The position numbers and the translations under genes were made by a program. The notes beneath the pieces were generated by a model. It ran no database searches. It was not told where the DNA came from and was given only the letters and a program-made list of their open reading frames with translations. A stretch of DNA of 37,491 nucleotides from a virus. This document shows, in pieces, positions 32,211-37,491 of this stretch (positions are counted from its first letter, which is position 1; each line of letters opens with the position of its first letter). Where the stretch lies: positions 1 through 37,491 of the IMG/VR virus record IMGVR_UViG_3300002037_000002; one strand, written 5' to 3'.

Positions 32211-34477
32211 ATGGCCTTGTGAAAATCCAGCCTTTCGAGGTTGTGCCAACGGCAGGACCGAAGGCCACCTTCTCCGAAGGTGTGGCCGCTGGCTTTGCGA
32301 ATGCCAAGCCGCTCATTGGCGGCGGGCGCATTCTTGAAAACGAGATCAACAAGCCGGTGCGGGAATTGCTGCAACAGGTCATGCCCGCCGATACGATCCC
32401 CGGCGGCACGGGATCGGGGCGTGGGGTGCTTTCCAAGAAGTTGGCCCGGCGCGTGCAGGTTGAGGGCTGGGACAGGCTTTCGGACGACACGCTCGGTGAT
32501 GTTTTGAACGAGCTGGACGCGATAGGTTTTGAATACTCCGAGAACGTGCGCCCCGAAACCATGGCGGCTCGCCGCACGAAAATGCTCGGCGACGTCGCAA
32601 AGGATCGGGCCGAGCAGCAAGAGATTATGGGCCGGGCGGGATTTGTTGGTCCGTTTGTCGGCGCGCTGGGCGCGGAATTCACTGATCCGGTCAATCTGGC
32701 CACGCTTCCTATCGGTGCGCCTTCACGCGCTGGCTTGGCCCTGACTGTCGCAATCGAGGCGTCCATCAATGCCGGGCTTGAGGCAGGGCAGACCCCGGCC
32801 CGCAATCGCCTGCTCGCTGAGCTGGGCGAGCCAGAGGAGAGCATTGCGGAGAACGCGCTCTTGGGTGCGATCTTTGGGGCGACACTCCCGGTTGCCGTTC
32901 GGGGCGGCGTGGAGGCGGGCAAGTTGGCCCTGCAGGCCCCGCAGGCCGTGCGCAAGGCGCTGGCCAAATCAGCCGAGAATTCACCCTCCCCAGCCGCACA
33001 ACAGGCCGCCGAGACGATCCTCAAAGACTTGGACGATGAGGTCGCCGCAATTGTGACCAATGACCCGCAAGACCGAGCCGAACACTCAGGGCGATCTCAG
33101 GAGGCCGCTAAGGCCGTTGCGGAGGGTAGGGTGCCGGATATGCCCGAGCGCCCGCTGGCCACGCCTCCTCGCTCGTCTGGCGACACATCAGAGCTGGTTG
33201 ACCCGCGCAGCTTGAAGGTTGAGCCGGAAGTTTTCCAGTTTAAGTCGGAAATTGTTGCCGATGGCGGCGTGACGGCAAAGCTCAAGGACGTGACTGAGTG
33301 GGTGCCGCATCGGGCGGGTGTGGCCATTGTCTATGAGTATCCGGACGGCTCACGGAGCATTGCGGACGGGCATCAAAGGGTTGCTTTGGCCAATCGGATC
33401 GGTGATCCAGATATCCGACTACGCGCCGAGATTTTCCGCGAGGATGATGGGTTCTCGGTTGATGATATCCGCACGCTTGCAGCGCTCAAGAACATTGCCG
33501 AGGCGTCAGACGGCTTGACCGGAAAGCTTGCCGGGGATGCGGCCAAGGTTCTGCGCATTGATCCAAACGCGGTGGCGCAGCTCCCAAAGGGGCCGGGCAT
33601 TACCCGCGCCAAAAGGCTGACCGCGCTTTCAGACGATGCGTTTGACCTCTACATCAATCGGGTGGTGGACGAGCGGTTTGCGGAGAAGGTCGGGGAGATG
33701 GTGGATGATCCGACGCTCCACGCGCCGATCATGCGGCTTTTGGAGCGGGTGCGCCCTGAAACCACAGAGCAAGCCTCCAACGTGATCACGCAGGCCCTTG
33801 AGGCCCCAACGTCGCGCGAGGTCACGGCAGACCTTTTCGGCGAGCGTGAGGTTGTTGAAAGCCTGTATCTGGAGCAAGCCAAAGTTCTGGAGCGGGCGCT
33901 CAAAATCTTGCGCGAAGATCGGTCGGTGTTTAAGACCCTGACCGAACAGTCAGGCCAGATTGAGACGACAGGCAAAAACCGTCTGGATCGGCAGACAAAC
34001 GCAGACGCGCGCCAGCAAACCGAGGAGGCGCTGGTCGCAATCAAGGCGCAGGCTCATAGGGCCGGGCCAGTATCGGAGGCATTGCGAGATGGCGCGAAAA
34101 GCTACAAAGAAACGGGCAGGCTCAAAGACGCGGCGGAAAGCCTCGCCCAAGTTGTCCGACGAGAGGTTGAGCGAGATGGCCTCTTTGGCGGAGGAGCTGG
34201 CACTCGCGGACAGCCTGCACAATCTACGGGAGCGCGGACAGAACCACCTGACCCAAACGACGGGTTCTCGGACCCGGTAGGGCCAGCCGCAGAGGCGCAG
34301 GTAGCGCAGACGCGAATTGACCCGGAACCCTCTGATCCGCTCGACGTGGTGCCGGTTGGCCGTGGGTTTGACGATGAAGGAAACGAGATTGCACAAACCA
34401 TGACCCGCGCGGAGCTGGCTGAGGAGCTGGACGCGGAGGACGAGTTTGTCGAACAATTGGGGCTTTGTTTGAAATGA
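32207..34477 (+). CDS. Internal virion / ejection protein containing a ParB/Srx-like segment
   Basis: GTGA overlap start; 756 aa. Residues about 325-440 (LKVEPEVFQFKSE...VAIVYEYPDGSRSIADGHQRVALANRIG...DDIRTLAALKNIAE) follow the ParB N-terminal-domain pattern. Confidence 0.65.
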   Translation: MNGLVKIQPFEVVPTAGPKATFSEGVAAGFANAKPLIGGGRILENEINKPVRELLQQVMPADTIPGGTGSGRGVLSKKLARRVQVEGWDRLSDDTLGDVLNELDAIGFEYSENVRPETMAARRTKMLGDVAKDRAEQQEIMGRAGFVGPFVGALGAEFTDPVNLATLPIGAPSRAGLALTVAIEASINAGLEAGQTPARNRLLAELGEPEESIAENALLGAIFGATLPVAVRGGVEAGKLALQAPQAVRKALAKSAENSPSPAAQQAAETILKDLDDEVAAIVTNDPQDRAEHSGRSQEAAKAVAEGRVPDMPERPLATPPRSSGDTSELVDPRSLKVEPEVFQFKSEIVADGGVTAKLKDVTEWVPHRAGVAIVYEYPDGSRSIADGHQRVALANRIGDPDIRLRAEIFREDDGFSVDDIRTLAALKNIAEASDGLTGKLAGDAAKVLRIDPNAVAQLPKGPGITRAKRLTALSDDAFDLYINRVVDERFAEKVGEMVDDPTLHAPIMRLLERVRPETTEQASNVITQALEAPTSREVTADLFGEREVVESLYLEQAKVLERALKILREDRSVFKTLTEQSGQIETTGKNRLDRQTNADARQQTEEALVAIKAQAHRAGPVSEALRDGAKSYKETGRLKDAAESLAQVVRREVERDGLFGGGAGTRGQPAQSTGARTEPPDPNDGFSDPVGPAAEAQVAQTRIDPEPSDPLDVVPVGRGFDDEGNEIAQTMTRAELAEELDAEDEFVEQLGLCLK

Positions 34478-36939
34478 GTATTCGCGATTGCATTGGCCGG
34501 GCCGTCGAGGGTGGCGAAATGAGCAAGGATCGCGCCGAGCGCATCCTGCGCGAATATGACGGCACCTTTGAGGCTCTGCGCGACAACATGGGGCACACCC
34601 AAGCCGAGGTTGAGGCCGCGCGCTTGGTGGTCGAGAAAGCCCGCCGCGAGGCGTTTGAGGCCCGCCGTCGCTCACAGCTACAGGCCGCCGCAACGCAGCA
34701 GCTTACGCAACGCCTGCAGGATCACAAGACCGTAACCGGCAAGGCGAACCCTCACGGGTTTCTCATTGATGTGATTTCCAACAAGCGCGGCAGTCAGGGG
34801 CAATCTCTTGATGGGAAATACAACGCAATTCGCGCGACGTTCCGGGGTCAGATGACCGAGGCGATTGTCGCGTTCCGGGCCAACCTCGTCGGAATTCGTC
34901 GCAATAAGGACACGCTCAACAATGTGGTGCGTGAGGTGTTTGGGGAAAACACCGGAGACGAGCTGGCGGCGGGTGTCGCAAAGGCATGGTCCAGCACGGC
35001 AGAGGCTGCGCGCACGCGGTTCAATGCAGCGGGCGGGCATATTGGCAAGCGGGCCGATTGGGGTCTACCCCAGCACCATGACGGACAGCGCATTCGCAAG
35101 GCAGGATATGACGCATGGCGGGCCGCAATTTTGCCGCGCCTTGATCTGGATCAAATGGGGCGTGAGTTTAACGACGGCGTGCCCTACACAGCCGAGACGC
35201 TGGAGCGCTTGCTCAAAGATGCTTTTGAGGCAATCAGGACAGAGGGCCACTCGCGCCGCAATCCATCAAGTCGCCCTGGATCATCGCTCGCCAACAAGCG
35301 GGCGGATCACAGGTTTTTCGCCTTCAAATCTGCGGATGATTGGACCGCATACTCTGCGGAATTCGGAGCTGGGCAAGATGCGTTTCGCGTGATGATGGGG
35401 CATATTGACAACATGGCCATGGATATCGCGCTTATGGAGGAGTTGGGACCAAATCCCAACAGCTCGTTCGCATTTCTTAAAGATGCGGCCATGAACGTCG
35501 CACAACGCTCGTCTGACAACCAAGCTCCCGAAAAGGTGCGCAAGGCGGCAATCACTGCGCAGGGTATGTTTGATTTATTCCAAGGTCGCAGCGACATCCC
35601 ACACAACCGCACAGCCGCACAGGTTGGCTCTGCCATTCGAAACTACAGCACAGCAGCATTGCTTGGTCGAGCGGTCATTTCCTCGGTGACGGATATCAAC
35701 ACCGCTCGCGTGACGGCGGGCTTTGTTGGTATGAGCAAGACAGCCCCGGTGCGCATGATGGCGCAGATTTATCGCAGCCCAAAGCTGCGCGAGGAGCTGG
35801 CCGAGGCCGGGCTGATCTTTGAAAACGCGGTGGACATTGGTAACGCGGTTGCGCGCTATGAATTCGAGGACATGCAATTTGAGGCCGCCGCGCGGCTGTC
35901 GGACTTCACGATCCGGTCAACGGGCTTGGGCTGGTTGACCGAGGCGCGCAAGCAAGCGTTTGGCGGGGCTGTCATGCACACAATCGCAAGCGACTGGCGC
36001 AGCAAGGCATACGCTGATTTGCCAGCTCGTGCCCAGCGCACCCTCAAAGACTATGGCCTCACCCGCTCCGATTGGGAGGCAATCCGCTCTGCGCCCGCTC
36101 ACACGACAGCAAAGGGTCTGACGTTGATGCGTCCGCAGGAGGTTGCCGAACACGCTGGGCAAGACCTTGCCGATAGGTATCTGGCCGCAATCAATCAAAT
36201 GATGGACTTCGCGGTCCCCTCTACCGACCTGCGTGGCCGGGCTGCAGTACAGAGTGGCACCCGCCGGGGAAGCATTGGCGGCGAGCTGATCCGGTTTGGC
36301 CTGCAGTTCAAGGGCTATTCGATCACACTCCTTATGACCCATGTGGCGCGCGCTGTAGGTGAGGCACAGCAAGGCCGCTATGGATCGGCGCTGTCGTATG
36401 GCGCAGGCCTAGTTATTGGCAACACGTTACTGGGTGGCGTGGCCATGCAGCTCAAGGAGCTGGCAAAGGGGCGTGATCCTAAGGACATGACAACAGGGGA
36501 ATTTTGGGGCGCGGCCTTCATGCAAGGCGGCGGTGTCGGCATCTTCGGAGATTTTCTTTTTGCCGATCACAATCGCTTCGGGGGCGGCCTTGGTGGTCAA
36601 ACCCTTGTGGGGCCGGGCGTTGGCCTGATTTCCGATACGGCAAAGCTGACAGTTGGCAACGTGGCAGACGGCGGAGAAAATGCCGGTCGCGACATGGTGG
36701 ACTGGCTTCGTCGCTGGACGCCCGGCGGCTCGAATTGGTATCTTGCGGCGGTGTATCAGCGCGAGGTGCTTGATCAACTTCAACAGGCTATTGACCCTCA
36801 GGCGGCGCGGTCGTTCCGTCGCAAGGTCCAGAGCGCTCGCAAGGCGGATACAGACTTTTTCTATCCACCAGGCGTTTCACTTGTTACAGGTGGGGGCAGA
36901 ATACGCGCGCCCGATCTGGCCAACGCAACAGGAGACTAA
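34474..36939 (+). CDS. Large internal virion / ejection protein
   Basis: ATG 34474 overlaps the previous stop (ATGA); 821 aa. Last of the core-protein block, before the tail fibre. Confidence 0.6.
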   Translation: MSIRDCIGRAVEGGEMSKDRAERILREYDGTFEALRDNMGHTQAEVEAARLVVEKARREAFEARRRSQLQAAATQQLTQRLQDHKTVTGKANPHGFLIDVISNKRGSQGQSLDGKYNAIRATFRGQMTEAIVAFRANLVGIRRNKDTLNNVVREVFGENTGDELAAGVAKAWSSTAEAARTRFNAAGGHIGKRADWGLPQHHDGQRIRKAGYDAWRAAILPRLDLDQMGREFNDGVPYTAETLERLLKDAFEAIRTEGHSRRNPSSRPGSSLANKRADHRFFAFKSADDWTAYSAEFGAGQDAFRVMMGHIDNMAMDIALMEELGPNPNSSFAFLKDAAMNVAQRSSDNQAPEKVRKAAITAQGMFDLFQGRSDIPHNRTAAQVGSAIRNYSTAALLGRAVISSVTDINTARVTAGFVGMSKTAPVRMMAQIYRSPKLREELAEAGLIFENAVDIGNAVARYEFEDMQFEAAARLSDFTIRSTGLGWLTEARKQAFGGAVMHTIASDWRSKAYADLPARAQRTLKDYGLTRSDWEAIRSAPAHTTAKGLTLMRPQEVAEHAGQDLADRYLAAINQMMDFAVPSTDLRGRAAVQSGTRRGSIGGELIRFGLQFKGYSITLLMTHVARAVGEAQQGRYGSALSYGAGLVIGNTLLGGVAMQLKELAKGRDPKDMTTGEFWGAAFMQGGGVGIFGDFLFADHNRFGGGLGGQTLVGPGVGLISDTAKLTVGNVADGGENAGRDMVDWLRRWTPGGSNWYLAAVYQREVLDQLQQAIDPQAARSFRRKVQSARKADTDFFYPPGVSLVTGGGRIRAPDLANATGD

Positions 36940-36942
36940 CCC

Positions 36943-37491
36943 ATGTCCGTCACTGAAAATGATCTTCTCGTCGGCCCACTCACCCCTGATGCGGGCGTGA
37001 CCCTTATCTCTCTGGATTTCCCGGTGGAAGATGCGGAGTGGATTGAGGTCTACCAAGGTGAGAGCGAGGCCCCTCTTGTTTTGGGGACTGACTACACGGT
37101 CGGCGGCGTTGGTGAGGCGGCGGGGTTCATCACCTTGATCCAAGCCGCCAACGGAACGGATGCTTATTCGGTGTTCTATGTGGTCCCCCTTGAGCGCAGC
37201 TCCGACTTGCAACGCCGTGGCCAGTTCCGCAGCTTGCCGTTCAATGTTGAGCTGGACCGGATTTGGCGCGCAATGCAGGGTATCAACACCCGTTTGTCCC
37301 GCTCGCTCCGGGCCTCGCGCACGTCGGAACCGTTGCCCCCTGCCGTGCTGGAGAGTGGGTCTGATTTTGTGGGCCGCCCTTTGGTTTTCAATGAGGATGG
37401 AACCGCAATTATTCCAGGCCCCCCTGTCACAGAAATTGAGACAGCAAACCAAATTCTGACTGACGCTCAAGCGGCGCGTGATGCTGCGCAA
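36943..37491 (+). CDS. Tail fibre protein, 5' portion (continues at base 1 after removing the 49-nt overlap)
   Basis: ATG 36943 opens a frame with no stop to the window end (hence absent from the ORF track). The N-terminal domain ...GTDYTVGG...ITLIQAANGTDAYSVFYVVPLERSSDLQRRGQF...FNVELDRIWRAMQGI resembles T7-gp17-type fibre adaptor domains. Confidence 0.85.
   Translation, partial: MSVTENDLLVGPLTPDAGVTLISLDFPVEDAEWIEVYQGESEAPLVLGTDYTVGGVGEAAGFITLIQAANGTDAYSVFYVVPLERSSDLQRRGQFRSLPFNVELDRIWRAMQGINTRLSRSLRASRTSEPLPPAVLESGSDFVGRPLVFNEDGTAIIPGPPVTEIETANQILTDAQAARDAAQ
37443..37491. repeat. Second copy of the 49-nt terminal overlap
   Basis: Identical to bases 1-49. Confidence 0.97.

Noticed and set aside
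29579-34693. Long minus-strand ORFs (29579..30376, 32048..32620, 32179..33060, 33649..34044, 33950..34693) inside the core-protein genes
   Set aside because: All are antisense to large, contiguous, translationally coupled plus-strand genes. Their low-complexity Ser/Ala/Arg/Pro composition is characteristic of GC-rich antisense frames.
36877-37491. 204-aa minus-strand ORF running off the window end
   Set aside because: It is antisense to the tail-fibre N-terminal domain, which has a recognisable gp17-like pattern and continues across the junction.
1-37491. tRNA genes, rRNA, CRISPR arrays, reverse transcriptase / diversity-generating retroelement, transposase
   Set aside because: The intergenic gaps are all under 200 nt, and none showed cloverleaf-like arms by eye. 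No ORF showed reverse-transcriptase (YxDD) or DDE-type motifs. I saw no duplicated copy of a fibre C-terminus. This was a manual scan only, so short or divergent elements could have been missed.

Overview
The window is one complete double-stranded DNA phage genome. Bases 1-49 are identical to 37443-37491, so the unique length is 37,442 bp. The tail-fibre gene runs across that junction. All homology calls are by eye or recollection; no database search or computation was run.

Layout:
- Plus-strand operon, 14495 onward and wrapping to 6954. It holds small early genes, a replisome-organizer-like protein with embedded iteron-like repeats, terS, terL, an accessory island, then the virion genes. The virion order is portal, scaffold, major capsid, tail tubular A and B, four internal/ejection proteins (one with a lytic transglycosylase motif, one with a ParB-like motif) and the tail fibre. 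A beta-helix tailspike, a lysis cassette (holin candidates, T7-lysozyme-type amidase, overlapping spanins) and a collagen-like fibre follow.
- Minus-strand operon, 14371 down to 10101. It carries a recombination module (PD-(D/E)XK exonuclease, AAA_24/Sak4-like ATPase, HNH endonuclease) and small zinc-ribbon proteins.
- Plus-strand cluster, 8841-10092. It is led by a resolvase-like helix-turn-helix (HTH) protein that lacks the catalytic Ser.
- Minus-strand four-gene accessory cassette, 8710 down to 6962.

The virion module has T7-like gene order. I could not recognise an RNA polymerase, DNA polymerase, primase/helicase, integrase, tRNA or CRISPR array.

Most interesting items:
- iteron-like repeat block inside the putative initiator gene, next to terS
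- five-copy TTTTCTACA operator-like array beside the inactive resolvase homologue
- four-gene cassette sharing an identical AGGACCGTCATG translation-initiation motif and including a compact C5-methyltransferase-like protein and a SLOG/DUF2493 protein
- lower-GC island with two codon-aligned antisense ORFs
- reverse-oriented cassette between terL and portal
- ParB-like segment inside an ejection protein
- amidase endolysin with a C-terminal hydrophobic tail
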